A stretch of 64,000 nucleotides of DNA from Ascidiella aspersa (Eukaryota), in the NCBI GenBank assembly GCA_963924565.1, contig OZ004607.1:29698001-29762000 (forward strand), written 5' to 3'. The notes beneath the pieces were generated by a model. That model was given only the letters and a program-made list of their open reading frames with translations. It was not told the DNA's origin and did not search any database. Both the position numbers and the translations under genes were made by a program. Shown here one piece after another: positions 31,822 through 46,800 of the stretch (positions are counted from its first letter, which is position 1; every line of letters starts with the position of its first letter).

Positions 31822-34800
31822 ATGGCCGCCGCGCTCGAAACGCAAACGAAAACGACGGTCAGCGATGGATCACAGGCTTGGAAATGTCCTGAGGCGACCT
31901 TCGAGACTTCGACGGAAGACCAGAGTTCACTGGCTGGCACTCAAGTCGCACTTGAAGCGCACTCGAGAATTTCCGAGTCCAGCAACAATTCGCCCAAGAG
32001 CCCAGGCCGCTATTGCCGCTTTAGCCAGCGGCCTCAACAACAACAAAAACAACAGCTACAGTCCACTACTATGTCCACTGCCCGGCTTCAAAGCGCTGCG
32101 ACGCGTGAAATCGGAGACCCCCTGGGCTGGGAGGCCGAAACACCCGGGCACCAGGGCGTCGTAAACGGAGACTTCCGCTGGAACCTGTCGGCGCTCAAGT
32201 CATACCAGGTCGGCTCGACCAGCGCCATCTACTCGTCGCTGCAGAACATGAAGCACATCACCGCAAGCATGGAGAGCCTAGCGCGCTCGCGGCAATCCGG
32301 CAAATCGCCCGTCAGCGGCGGCGAATCGTTAAGGGCGGCATTCGACACGGTGCCTGGCCATCGTGACGCAAGTCCAGGGGGCGTGACCGACCCGCCGGCC
32401 TCATTGCACGGGGGTGCTTCGGCGCTGCTGGTGCGTGACGACCGCGAACAGCACTCGGCGTTGGGCGCGCAAGAAAAACGCCGACTGGCTCAGCCGACGC
32501 GCCACACTTGTCCGCTCAGGCGCCCGGAACCGAACCGCGCACCCATCGTCGCCGCATTGGACTGGCCGAGGACAGCAACAGCAGAAGAATCAGCACACTT
32601 AACGCGCGCCGCAGATGCGAAAGAAGCCCTTAGCGCTGATAAACTCAGTGACAGTCCTGAGGTGACGAACTGTCACGACGCCGCGGAAGTTTCGCTCAGA
32701 GCGCGCCGCCCCAACGCCAGCCGCAGCAGTCCTGTGGCTGCAGCTAATCAAATTTCAGACGAGGAATCCCATTCAGAGGCGGAACGCGTGGCCGTTCAAG
32801 TTGTTAACCACAGCAGCGGCCATTCGGCGCTCGACTCGCTAAGGCAAGGAGCCTTATCCAAGTTAGTCGACTGTCACCGTTACCGTTGTGCAGAATCAGC
32901 AGCAGTTGTAGACTCGCACCTCGTCGGAAATAAAAACAGCAACAGCAGTTCTTGCCGTTCGACAATCGCACCCGGGTTCAATGGTAATGTGCTGAAGCCC
33001 GGGATTGTTTGTCGTGAATCGAGGCACTCTCTCTGTGTGACTTTCGCCGACAATGTTCCAACCGCAAATGGAAGCGTAAACGGAAAGAGGTTTGGATCGC
33101 TCGCGGACCTACGGAAGGGCAGAGCTGCACCGAGCGGCAACAGTAGCCATCAATACCCATTCGGCAACAGCAACTGTTTTACCCGACCGGTAGAATCTTC
33201 GCCTGAAAACTCGGATCGTAAGCGTCAGTGCAAGTCGCTGACCGACCTAACGGCCGAGGACTTTGTGAGCAGCCCCTGTACTTCCATTCACGACCGTCGC
33301 CAGCAGCAGAAACTCTCCGCCAGCCAAGTGCAGCTTCAAAGCGGCACAATGAGCAACGGCAGGTCACGCATCGTCAAGTTGATCACGGGGCACAGTCGTC
33401 CCACTGCGCAGGTAACGTATGTGTGGTGCATAATTGTGTATTGGCTGTGTTTGGCGAGGGCTCGCGCGTCATGCGTAAAGCAAATTTATTGTAGGGTGTA
33501 ACACGATACGAGGAGCCCAGTCGTCGCGTGAGGAGCCGCGAAGCGCCGACTTACTTGTTTCGAGAATAATTGCCTGTACAGCTGCTGCCTGTATAACTGT
33601 GTAGCTGTCCAGTCGGGCTGTATATCTGTGTGTAGCCCACTGATCGCGCTCACATTTTGTATTTCGCCAGAGCGGTTCGGCGTCGACAGGCGTCGCTTCC
33701 GACAAGCCGAAGAACATGACCAAGCGAAACGGAAGCAACGGATTACGTGGTAGATTCAAGGCCGATCCTAGAGCTGCAGTTGACAAGAAAACAGGCGGAT
33801 CGACGCCACCGGGGCGAATCGGCAGCGTGAGCTCGTCAAGCGGCTCCGAGGTTTCCGATCCGGCCAAGAGCCCTGCCCTTAGCGGCGGCCGGAAGGCGCC
33901 AAAGCTGCCCAAGGCCCTGTTCCCGTTTATGCGAAAAAATCGCAAGCGCCAAAGCGCAACGGCGTCGGGTACCACAACGTCAACTACAGCATCAGCAACG
34001 CAAAGGCAGCCGCTCAAAGCGCGTGGGCCAGAACCGGATTCAAAAGCGCCCCGCGACGAAACGGATCAAAAGACAAGCGTAAATACGAAGCAATCAGCCC
34101 CGAAAGTTGAAGAAATCGGCGCTGATCCATCCCCGGCCGTCGGTTTCCGCAAAATAAAGGCGAGTTGCAATAGAAAAATAGATTTCCTTGCGCATCCCTT
34201 ATAGTTGTCACAGGTTAGGTTACCCCGAGCGTTGTTATTTCCGCTGTTGGAATCATATTACTATAGGCGCAAGTTTAGATTTCAATCGCTCGTCCAGCGT
34301 GCATTTGGCTGCGATTATGGTTGACCGGCTTCAATCAGCGGCAAAACGCGAGCGCCTTTCAATTACAAGAAATCGGTCGATCGCCAAATTGCTGCTATGG
34401 ACCGTAATTTGGGGGTGATTTCGTCGGAATGGCGACTGTGCTTGCGAGCCTATGCGCTGATGCCGTGCGAGACGTTTAACCCAGTGTGCCGCAGTTACGG
34501 GATCTGCAGCGGTCATTTCGTGTTAAAAACGTAAAGCAGGCGTGGGTTCGGTTTACGTAGCCCGTGCTTAGCATTTAGACCCAAAATAAAAAAAAACCAA
34601 TGGTCACTGGGCAAATCGGTAATTTCAGCCTGCCATACAAACACCGCGCCACTTTAACGAAAAGGACAATATTGTTAAATTTAGATCTTAAATTTACCTA
34701 CAACTCAGTATTGTGGGTTGTCGTAAAATAATAACACAAAAATGTAATTTGTTTAGTTTAGCAAAGGTCTTAGTTTCTAAAACAAAGCTTCGTCCGAAAA

Positions 34801-37800
34801 TGCGACTTTTCTTAATATATTGTTTGGCACGTAATTCTCGCGCAAAACAAAGAAGGGAGTTTACAGCAGGCTATTCCATCGGCAGGGGATCTTTTAAAAC
34901 AACTTTTGTCGTGCAGCAGTGGAGTTTCGAAATGGAACGATCTTCCTTTGAACTTGACACCGCGCTGAAAATTTTATTTATCTAAAAACATAACAACAAA
35001 GTCACGGTAAAACGAAACCGAAAATCGCTCAACAGCTTTCATTTAGCTTGATGCCTGTACCCCTTTGTAGCTGCGATCTGACGCATTTTTTACATTGGCT
35101 GTATTATAAATTGATCCCTCCTTTATGGTAGATAGGAATCGCTGTTTAGCTATTCAGTAAAAAGGCTTGGGCTTTAGGATCTTACCATACGCTTTAACAA
35201 CGTTTTTTCATTCTTGTTTAAAGGTATGTTGTGGTATTTTAACGTCGTTTAAACAGCACACCAACGTGTTCAAAGCGGTTAATCATTGCCGGCGAGTGTT
35301 CCCTTACCAGAACTCGGTCAATTAATTACCGACGAGCCGCACTCGTTCACGGCCGCGTCGCCAAGACCGTTCGATCGCTCACGATTATGACATCACGGCG
35401 ACTCGATGGTCCCTCGGCGCGCAATAACAATGCGACGCCCTTCCGTCATCAACAGCTCGCTATATATATATATACGATCGAACGTGTATAATACGAAGAA
35501 CGTGTTTGCGCGAGCGGCGACACTTGTAGTTGCATTGTCCCGCGGGACCGGGCGACCCGTCAGTCGGGCAGCAGCGCGTAACCCTAGCGCCTTTTTGTGC
35601 CGACCGTGTGAGCGCTGTGGCCACAACAAACCCTCCGATGCCTTTTGTGTGTCGTGTTTCTTGCGCCCGATTGAAATCCAACAACCCAAAGCCCTATAGG
35701 TGGTGGCAACTTCGATACATCGCCCGGCCGCGTATCCTTTCGCGTTTTGTTTTTGCTTTTTGCGCAGTGTTGCCGGTGCTGGCGCGCGGGGTGGGGCGCA
35801 CTGGCGTTGTTTACCGCTCTCCTTGGAATTTTTTTGGGCCAGGGCGCCTGGTATTCGCGGCACGCGTGAACACCTGCGGGTTGATTTATACGTTTATTCT
35901 GTGCCTAAACAAGTAACTTTGAAATGACCCCAGTCAAAGATAAGTCAAGTCAATTTGCCCTAAAATGTCAATTTAAGTCTTTCAAACCAGTGACTATAAA
36001 GAAATCAAACAAACATTTAGGACTAAGCGTTAAGTAAATGCTTTTACTAGGCATGGTCTTTGAAGGCAATGTTTTTTTTGTTATATTCAAACAAGAATTT
36101 CCAAAGGAACTTCGAATTAACTACATCGTTTTAGGACCGCCTCTTTATCTAGGGCTGGAACGTGATTCCTAACTCAGCTTGTATTTTGTGCACTAGGTCA
36201 ATTCGAGTCCTGGCCGGAGGAACGTCCATGCAGATTACGCGTCACGTGTCACCAGGGAACGGAGAAGGTCGTCGTCAAATGACAGAAACGGTAAATAACC
36301 AACCTTTGGAAGTGTTACTGTAAGCACAGTTTTACGACCAAAGTTCCAGCTTTTTAAAATTTGCTACAAAACGTGTGGCGTTGTTTTGTTTCTTTAAAAG
36401 GTCAAAATCTGATAAATTATTACCCCCCCCCCCCCCAAAAAAAAATGCAGTAATCCACCCAACCGTGCGCATGCATTTTAAGTAGTGTAGAATATTTAAT
36501 CACACTTTGTCTGATAAACATAGGCTATAATTAAGGCGTATCGTAAACTACGTCATCATACCACACTTTAGTTAGAAATATGCGACAAGATATTGTCAGT
36601 TTTGTTTTATTAATTCCCTTATCCTCAAATGCCAGGAAACGCCTATTTTATCGTCTCCAAAATGTTTTGAATTCCCCAATAATACAATACAGCATGGCGA
36701 AGAAGATATAGACAGTGCCTCGGGCAAGACATATGTTACGAATAGGGTTTCTCTATGATCGCGCATCTTATATTAAATAACAACAAAGTACGTGTGCATA
36801 ACACGATATTGGCATATAATACGTCAAAATTGTAAGGTTAATCAATGCGATAGCCTCACATGACGTTAGATTTTTGCAACAGTGTTTCTTAAGTGATGAA
36901 TAGTTTACCCTGGGCCTCGAGTCAAAGAGATTTTTGAATAGTGAACCAACTATAGTACGGGTAAACGAGGGTTGAATTATTTATTTTTTATACTGCTATT
37001 TGTACTCATTGCGAAACTTGTACCGATCCATAAAAAAATCTTCCAGTGAACATCTTTCGCCGTGAATTTACCATAAAAATGCAGTCAATTCAAGAACAAC
37101 AAATGTTTCTACAACAACAATGCGTCCACAAACAATCTCGCACCCACTGTTGCTTATGTCTACCACGTACAGTCGTACAATCTACAAATTTGGCGTTTGG
37201 GCGAAGACATACAGTTTTCTCTGCTAGGGGTGATTAAAACATGTAAAGAAACACTGTATTTCTACGGAAATCGCCATTGCGTTAGTTTGCGTGCAACGTT
37301 GTTTTCTTCCATAAAAAGTGTGCAATCTTCACGCATTTAGACAACACAATTTAGGCGTTAAAGATGGCTCCATATACCATTGCTGCTGCAATTGGCAAGC
37401 TTTAATGCAACAACTTATTTTGCGAAATCAACCCTGTAATTTAGTAGTATGGCCGAATTTGGCGGCCTTTAACTCTTTTAACTTAAACTATGTGACTCAG
37501 TTTGCAGGTATTTCAGAAAACTCCTAATTGAGACGGAACGAACCGCTCCCAATTACCAGAGTAAACCATAAGAGAAATTGTATCCCTTTGCAAATCCTAT
37601 TCGGTCCGCGCCCAAAACAAGCCGCTTTCGTCCAACTACGACGTTTACCGAGGCTGAGCTTCTCGTCCTGTTTTCGAATAATTATGGCATTTTGATAAAT
37701 GGAATAATTTGTTTCATTTTTGTACATTCGTCTCTCTAAACTGGAAAACGGGCCATTGCTGTGTATTACACGAAACCGTACACGCACAGCGAAGTTGCGT

Positions 37801-40800
37801 TTCTTAGCTGCTTTGGCTTTTACCAATTATGGTCAGGCTGGGCGACGAGGCGCTAATTCGAACTCCGAGCCCACTTAGGTATTTTTGTGAGGCCAACCGC
37901 TCGCTGTATAATGCGTTTACTTGGCCACATCGAACAAGGGCGATCAGGCACCTTTTTGTAGCACATTTTGACCTTTATTTACTCCTAGTTCAGTAACTGC
38001 GATTCTCACCAGGTATTCACGTTTAAATTCCAGCCCGCGAAAATAATAGGTTTCTGACTTGTGCTGCGTGCTGTAATTGTCTTGTGCGGTTGAATTGCAT
38101 TATTTTGTGTTTAAAAATCACACGAGACGGGTAGAACTAAACCCCATATACAAGGCGCCTTTTAATGCGTAAAATTTATATTTAAATTTTAGACCTTGCT
38201 GACTGATTGTTGTTTTTAGTGCGCTTCTCAAGCTATATACAAATAATTTAGAACTTTAATCGTCGGCCTTGTGTGTTCTGTTGGATTGCTAGATTCTGTT
38301 GTGGAAACACGTACTTAGCTTACTTTACAGAAAACCAAGCTTTTCTTCTAAAAAGCGCATTTAAGCATAAATTGGATCCGGCTGCCTTTGACGGGCTGGC
38401 CTGCAACGCAATGCGGCGTGTTGGCACCGGAAACCGGCATTTGGACGCTGGCGTTACTCTTGCGTTCAACGATCAACTGCTTTATTTCCTTGCCGAATCG
38501 AAGCCGTCGCCTCGGGTTATGGGAGGACGACGAAGTGCGATGAAATAGTTTTGCTGACGCGCGTGGCATTAATTACGTAATGCGGGATAAGGTCCAACCT
38601 TGATTAAGATTACCTTTCTGTAATGCGGCGGAAGAGATTAAAATAACGTGACCGTGAACAAAGTAAAAGAGCCTAATGGCGTCGTTGGTCATCCCGGGCA
38701 CACTTTAGAATGGATTAAGATATTAAAGCGTTTAAAATATTTGTCCATTTCTTTTCGCGTCCTGAGGTATCTATATGCTACTGTGGCCAATTCCAATAGA
38801 ACAACTACGATTTCGACATCAGCCATGTGATATTATACTGTTAATACATCACGCGGACTAATGTAGGAAGTGGTGAAAAATATTCAATGAAATGATCCCG
38901 ATGCGATTGATGTATATTTCAGTCTTAATCGTCGCTTTTCCAGACCGCCACTTAAAGCTTCGGTTTGCACAAGCTGACATACCTACTCACATGACGAACG
39001 CGCGTACCTGTACCTTGCATTTAAAATTCCGATTTAGCCGCGAAGTCAAATCTTTGCAAAAGCGAAAGACTCCTTCTTGAATCACAGTTTCGTGCAGTTT
39101 CCGCCATTTTTATAACCGGTTTAAAGAGTTTTTAGCGTGCCATGTTTTTTTGTCCAACACGTGTTTTTACCTCTTGGCATGTTTATATGCCCACTTTGAA
39201 ATGAGCTAGGAATAAATTTGCAATCTCGGTTTTCTTCTACCTAACAGATGTTAACACAACTATGTGCTAATTGATGTGTTCATGTAAAGAGGCTAACGAG
39301 TGGTTATTAAACGTAGATTATAGATACAAGTACAGATTGTCTGCATTTCAATTTCACAACCCGTTTTTTTGGTAAAATGTCACACCAAAGCGTTTAAAGG
39401 GCAGCAAGCAAAATCAAAGGTATCCACGCGCATCGGTCCATCGAATGCAGCGCATTAAGCACACAAGGTCGCACGGACTCCCCAGGACTTAGATTGGCGG
39501 TTGTTGTTTTTGGGCGAGCTCGCAGCTGCCCGGCCACCCTTGGTCCCGCAAAAACCGCCACCTGCGAAGCGTCATCCGAGCCACCCGCAACAGCAGCGAG
39601 ATATGGAGAGATGTACAGCGCGATAACGCGAGGCTTCTGTCTGTCTCCAACGCTTTGTCTCTGTTCTCACATTAAGCCACTTTACGCGGCCGTTTACATA
39701 AGGGCCGGCTCTGAATTTTTGCCACGATTCGTGACGTTTTCGCACTCTTTAGACTGCCGATTTTTTATTGAGTGATGAAATGGAGTCTACACTTTCCCTG
39801 TTTTGTTGGAAAATTAGTGGGAACGTATAGAGGAACACAGGGACCAGAAAAACATTGTCGGCCTACTTTTAACTGGCCACGTAAGACGGCCGATTCGCGG
39901 TCGCTAAATGCGCATCTTGCTTTGGCGTTTAGAAAACAAACAGCAGCTCACGCGAGCAAGATTAGGCTCTCAGTCGTCCCGAGGCATTCCGTGCATAACG
40001 GGGATGGTCGAACCGCTTATTTGCATCGTCACTCATTCTGTCGGGAATCGCAGTTAGCATGGCCGCTCTGCTTTCAAGATGAAACCGCTTAGTGCTGCCC
40101 AACTTACGGAGTCGGCTTCGAATACAATCATATTTAATACTGACAAAAAAAACTTCTCGACTTCAACAAGACTTGGACTCGTACCAATAAAATATAGCAC
40201 ATTAAACGGCAAAACAGCTCATAAAAGTTTCAAATACACAGATGTAAATTAACATTTAAAAAAAAATTAAAATTTCGAAATTATTTTTTTTGTCGATTAG
40301 ATTTGCAATTCAGGTGCTGGATTAAATGTTAAATTAAAAACACGTATTGTATGCTTAACGAGCGTTCACAGTTTTGCTCAATCAAAAACGTAAAATTGTC
40401 TAAAATATTTATGTTTTAATCAACCAGCGATTTATAAACATGCTAAAAAACGCACAAAGAAGAAACAACACGTTCATACATTTTTTTTACATATTGACAG
40501 CAAAGCCAAATTACGCATCGTAATGGGTCAGTTGCGACATTAATTCTCCAATTTTTAGCCGCCAAATATCTGTCTGAGCACGAAATCCCAATCAATCCAT
40601 TTACGATTACAGGTTCCAGCCCGGTTGCCTCCGAAACGCCGGCGTCGTCGGCGCCAACGCCGGCTACAGAAGCGACAAAAGCGGTCCGCCGCAGCAGCGG
40701 CAGCTTCGACGGCGTTGTTATGAGAGCTGACGCCCGGCCGCGACGCAAGCCCAGACTTCGTTACAGCGTCGAGATCTCGTCCAGTTCGGAGCGTCTCGAC

Positions 40801-43800
40801 TCGGAGCAACCTGAGAGGCCTGTTTCTTTCACGGGCGGCGAGCGCTTCCTGATCGGCGCTGGCTCTTGCGACCCGAGTGTTACGTCACAGCAGAAAAGTC
40901 AGACAGTTACCGCCGCCACGGCCGATGTCCACCCCGGCAGGTCGCTCCTGCAAGCCAAGGGGCGCAACCACAGCTACGCGGCGCGCCAGTCGACTGTTGA
41001 AGATGAGCAGGCTCGAGCGTTGAGAGCCCAGGCAGCCAACAGGTAACTTTAACCACGCCCACCGGTGCTACTGGTGAGCGTACGCCGGTGGAAAACGTTT
41101 CGCTTGCGTGCTTTAGAGGCCCCCAGACTATACTGGCTCGCTGGTTGGATACTCAATGCTTAAAGCAGTGTTTCTCAGCCTTTTACGACTAGCGGAACCC
41201 CTCAGAAATAATAAGTAGATTGCGGTACCCCTATAAGGTTTATCGTACGCAAATCACTAGAATGTCACCATAAACGTAACTTGAACAAGACACGTCAACT
41301 CTACACAACGTAGAAAGTTATAATTAGATTTATTAGATTCTAATTTTACACAAAAAGTTATAAGAGTTTAGCAAAATCCGATTCTTAAAGATTCCCAAAT
41401 ATGCCGCGGCACCCTTGAGGATAGAAATGTCACCCCGGGGTGCCGCGGCACCCCGGTTGAGAACCACTGGCTTAAAGAAATACATAAGAGCCATCAATAT
41501 AATAAATGTGACGAACTTTTCGTAATTTTTTTTAACATTCGAAAGGAAGTATTTCCAGGTGGCTTTGCTGGGGATTTTACTCTTGCAAAAATAATCTTCA
41601 CCACGGGATTGGTTGTTTTAACTATGTTGCATCTTGTCTTACTTTATAACTTCATACCATTTTGTTACTTTCTGGGACTGCTTTAGTTACAAACTGTGCT
41701 TGGAAAGTTGTGTTGCCCTTCCACCGGACTTCAATGTTCAAGTTCTTTACGCTCTACTTGCAAACAGTCGTTTTTAAGCTTGTTGCCAGACTTGGGCGAC
41801 TCGATAAATTCCAGGTTTTCTAATTTCATAAATTAGAGCAAAAATGCGGCTAATTCGAATCTAATTTATGCAATCGGGCTTTTCATCTATTTGGACTTCA
41901 ATACGGTTCAATGTGCTTTGTGCATGACCCAGCAAAACAACCGCAGAGATGACGCACGACTTGGCTGTCTAGCGTTTCTTTGCGAACTCGCGTTCTTGGT
42001 GGGTGAGTCGCCGTGGGTGTAGCTTACTCCCTTCATTTCCCGAGGAATTCGTGCGGTTTGGAATGAATGGGCGACGAGGAATAAACGGCGTCCGGGTTCA
42101 CTGCCGCACAAAAACCTCAATTGACATAGGGAGGTACCATCAGCGCGCGCTCGTGTGTGTGTACGTGAATCTCAACTTTCCTAACGTTAGAATTTAGAGC
42201 ACCATGATAAATTTTTCCCGGAACTACATTTGGGCTGACTTTATTCCAATAGTCTTCTATTTAGGAATGCGCAAGGTTTGCTTATTTAACGGCGCAGGGC
42301 CTTAAGTGGGAGCAAAAATATATAGAAACGATCAAATTTAAAGCACCTTTATAAAATATTTCCCATAACTACATTTAGTTGACTTTGTTTCAATAGTCTT
42401 CCATTCAGAATTGGACAAGTTTTGCTCATTTAATGGCGCGAGGCCTTTAGTCTAAACAAAAATTTATTGAAACGATCAACAATTTACACCCGTTCGGCTT
42501 TGAGATTCCATGGACCCCAAGCTAATCGCCTACCGCGTAAATTAGTATCTCGTAGTTCCAGAGCTGCAGTTTTAAACTGTCCTGGCCGGGCTTTAAGGCT
42601 ACATCATCCTGTGGAATGTTTGTTTAAAGGACTTCGACTGAATTTCACGCGCGGATCTTGATCAATATTTGCGTGCTATCTTTGCTAAGCACATTAGGCC
42701 GTCGGGTAAACATGAAGCGGAAAACAGAATCGATTTCATCTATAAGAGCATCAAAAGCGGCCAACACTTTCGTTGTTTTGCTTGCACTTATAATTTGTTG
42801 CACCTATTTGGGAACAACGCCATATGCCACTGTCAAAATAAACGGTGGAAGCCTATTGCTATTTTAATGTATTTGTTATTATAAGAGGCCTAAATTTTAC
42901 GCTTTTCGGCCATCAATCGATTCCCCTTATCACTTCCTATAGTAATTTTTCAGAGTTTATTTAAAATCCGGAAGGTACTCTTTACGATTAAGTGTGCGGA
43001 TAATTCAATGATGGACAGCTTGGTAAACAAGTAAAAGAAGCCAAGTTACGTATCATTATGGTTTCTCAAGCACGTTTAATTCAAAGTCATTACATCAAAA
43101 CATAAATGTTCAATTAGTAACATTTTCAACGTCGTTTGACTCCAATAGCACACCGCATATCCCCAAGGTACAACTACGCGTATCACACAAACGTGTAGTT
43201 ACGCCAAGTTTGCCCAAAATAAGTTTTACGAAATGATAATCACAAGTCAAGTCATTTTAAATGTGCTCGTATGGTCATGTGCGATTGGTTGTAGTCAAAC
43301 AAGGCTAACATGTCTTGTTTTTCTATTTATTTAAATTTTCTGTCAATGGGACGAAAATATAATAAAGTTTTGAAATAATTCAATTAAACAATGTTTTCTC
43401 GGCACTTTAACAATGGTACAAACAGCCAATGCTCACCAACGCGGATGCCATAGAAGACGACCAATAAATGTTTGCACTTTCTTTTCGCAGGCGTTCCCTA
43501 AACCTGGACTGTCCGAACCTGGCCGAGCGCATTACATTCGTCGCTTCCCTGCCCGGACCGGAGACGGCAATCAACGGGAGCAAGAGCAGCAGTTGCCTGA
43601 CCGGGATCAGCACCCCCAGGTCCCACATGGGGCGTCTCTCGGTGCCCCACGGGGCCAGTCTCTCGTCCAGTTTCGCGTCGGTTTTCGAAGACGAGTTGCT
43701 CGCGTCCAACTCGAGGCCGCTTGTCGTCGGCGATTCGGAAGCAGCGAGCCCGCCAGACGACGGGGAATCTCCAGTTCGCGAGCAGCCGCCGCCAACGCAG

Positions 43801-46800
43801 CCTCAAAGGGTTACATTGCGCATGCGCCGCTCCCAGTCGCTGTGCAAGGACAAGCTCACGCTCAAGATAGCGGCCATCAACCGGCGCTCGGTGTCACCGT
43901 CGTTTAACGTTGGTGACGACACCTTCGGACCGTCACGCTCCATCGCCGACAGCCTCGGTGACGACCAGCAGCAGCAACAGCAGCAGCGACCAGCAGGCAA
44001 GCATCTAGAGCGGCGCTTTCAGTCCTGTCGAGACTTTGGCGTCGCGGCGCGTCCCAGTCAGCCTATTAAACCGACTACGCCCAAGCCGCGCAAGATGAGC
44101 GCCGCCAGCGGAGGCAGCAACAGCTCTCTGAACCGCTTTAGCTTCCGCCTCTCGCAGCAGAACCTGGCCACGTGGAGCGAGCACCAGCAAAGAGCTATCA
44201 GTAGCAACGCGCAGCCAAACCAAGGCACTATCATGACGACGGTGGAATCCCAACCAGGTCAGTCGGCTGTTGTGGGCATGTTTTGACTAGGGCCGCGGAG
44301 TCGGAGTCGGGCTGGGGAATCGGGGCTCGGCGGATTCGGTTTGTTTTATTGGAGTAGGACTCGGGTCTCGGGCTCGAGAAAGGCCACGTAAAACTACCCG
44401 AGTCCCAAGTCCGACTTTTAAAACTGATATTACCGCAAACTTTAAATTGTGAAGGTGGAATAGCACATGGTGAAAATTTTATGATTATATGACAGCCCTA
44501 TACAAGTGGATTGCTAAATATCTACCGTATTTAGTCAATTGGCGGAATACAGGCTGTAGAGTCTAAGCTGGACTCAAGACTCGACGAAATCGCATATTTT
44601 GCCGGAGTCGGACTCGGTATTCGGAAGTCAGACTCGGGTATATTTTTTTTAGCTGGAGTCGGACTAGGGAGTCGATCTCGGGTTATTTATAACCAGCTCA
44701 GCAGCCCTAGTTATGAATATTCTAACATCAGCCTGGCTCTCATTTTTAACTATACTTTTGTACCGTTGTTAAAGATCTCTTGAATACCTTACTTCAACAT
44801 TTTCCACAGTTTTGACTGCGCGGCTAATTTTTAATATTGGCGCGTAAACGTTTCGAAAATAACGTACCCGGTACGACTGATTTTTAATGGGCTATGTGAA
44901 CTGACCTAATTTAATCTTTAAGCGGATTGTCATTGTTATGGATTTCGGTTACAGGCTTCAATTAGGTATAGGTACAATGCTGTTCAGTGGGCCACGGGGT
45001 TTCAAAAATATAAATTGACTTTAATAACTCAAGTTTTGTATATTTATATACTCGTCGCTAATTAAGGTGTTCGAGCCTTTGTGTTAGACTTTAAACAATG
45101 TATATTTACTAATTTTGGCTTAAAGAATCTACAAACCGTGACCATACCTAAAGTTTATATTAAAGCTGAGAAGTGTAGACCAGGGCAAGTTTTTCGGGTA
45201 GTAAAATATGCAGTGTTGCAAACGAATCGCTTTTTTTAAACAACCTAAATCCCCGTCAAGACATTTTTCACAATTAGAAGGTCAACACGACCAAGTCCAA
45301 GTCATTTCCATAACAAGTCAAGTCATTCTCTTCCAAAATAAATATTAAACTTACAGAATCGGCCAATACGCTTCATTCTGAGCAGTATTTCGCATAGCAA
45401 GTATCGAAGACGAAATAGAAAGTTAAGAATTTTGCAATTGGCGTAAATACCTTAATTTTAAATAGATTTTGTTAACTAACGCACTTAAATATAGGTAATT
45501 TGCGTAACCGACATATATTTAAATCATTTTTTTTGTTATATTGATGTAGCCTCATTTTTCTCGAAATACTTGAGTCAAGTACAACTGTTCTCTATTTCAT
45601 TTCTAATGTAAAACATATTGCACGACCCAGTCCCCAAATTTGTTCCACATACCTTTAAGAAATGTCTCATGAAGCAGACAGCAAGAAATGTTCTGTTTAT
45701 TTATTACAAACCTGAAAGTTCGCGATAAATTCTAATAAACTTCGAAGAAGTTTGGAAGCCCTAGTCTAGACGAAATATCGTACTTTCTCCAGCACTCTGT
45801 CTTTGAAAATTTACCCTGCATACTTTGAAACGCAATACTTTTTTGTCATATGAGCGACCAATCTGTAGTATGTAGAGTTTAGTTAAGACTTATTGCAAGG
45901 TGCGATATCAATTGACTAACACTATGTGGCCAAATCTTCCAAGGGAAGTACCATCAGCATTTAACGTTTGATTTGACATGCGTCAGTAAACCGAGATATA
46001 TTTTTAAACATTTCCCGTCTTAACAGTCCCGTCTAAATTGCGACATTCAATAGGAACGTCTCAATTTGCACAACATCTCGTATAAGTTATTGATTCGGCG
46101 ACTTACCTTACGCAAACAAACTGCCTTTCTAGTTCAATCGCATGACCGTAAAAAGGGTTGGCCAAAAGATTTCTTCCAATGTTGCCCTTTTACTTTTTGT
46201 TTAATACTATTGATTATCAAGTTGTTCAAGTTGTGAAATAAAATTGTGCAACAATCACCAAAATAACTCGCTTTGTCATCTCGTCAGTATTAAAATTTGA
46301 AGCAAACCTGGGTTGTTTGTTCGTACAGAAAAGTTTGGGTGAGAACCTGGCATTTTTACAAAATTTTCTTCTTTTTTAAATAGGTCAAATTATTCAATTT
46401 TAAATCGCTAAACATTTAGCATAAATGTGCATCGTTTTACCATGTTTCATCTCTATTATTTGGACAATTCGTCTAGTTGAAACGAGTTTCCCAAACACTA
46501 CAAATGGTAGTGATGCCTGCCTTTATGCTTTGTGATCCGTAACGGCCCTGATTCTCTGTTTAGCATTGCTTTGACACATGTAGGATTTATTCACAGATTG
46601 GCCCTCAATTAATTCTCGTTATTTAATTCTTCAACTTTTCGCATAACCTTGTCAATTTGGTTAAATAACTGTTTGTTTTTGGTCCAACAACTATAAACAT
46701 GGTGACTAAATAGACTCTATAAAAAGATATTGTTATGGCTATGGAGTGTACAATATGGTAAACGTTTGAGTTACTTATTTTTTTAATTTTGTTTTCCATA

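Noticed and set aside
44290-44700. GAGTCGG and AAGTCA arrays as CRISPR-like repeats
   Set aside because: Irregular spacing, lie within TIR-bounded elements, eukaryotic context
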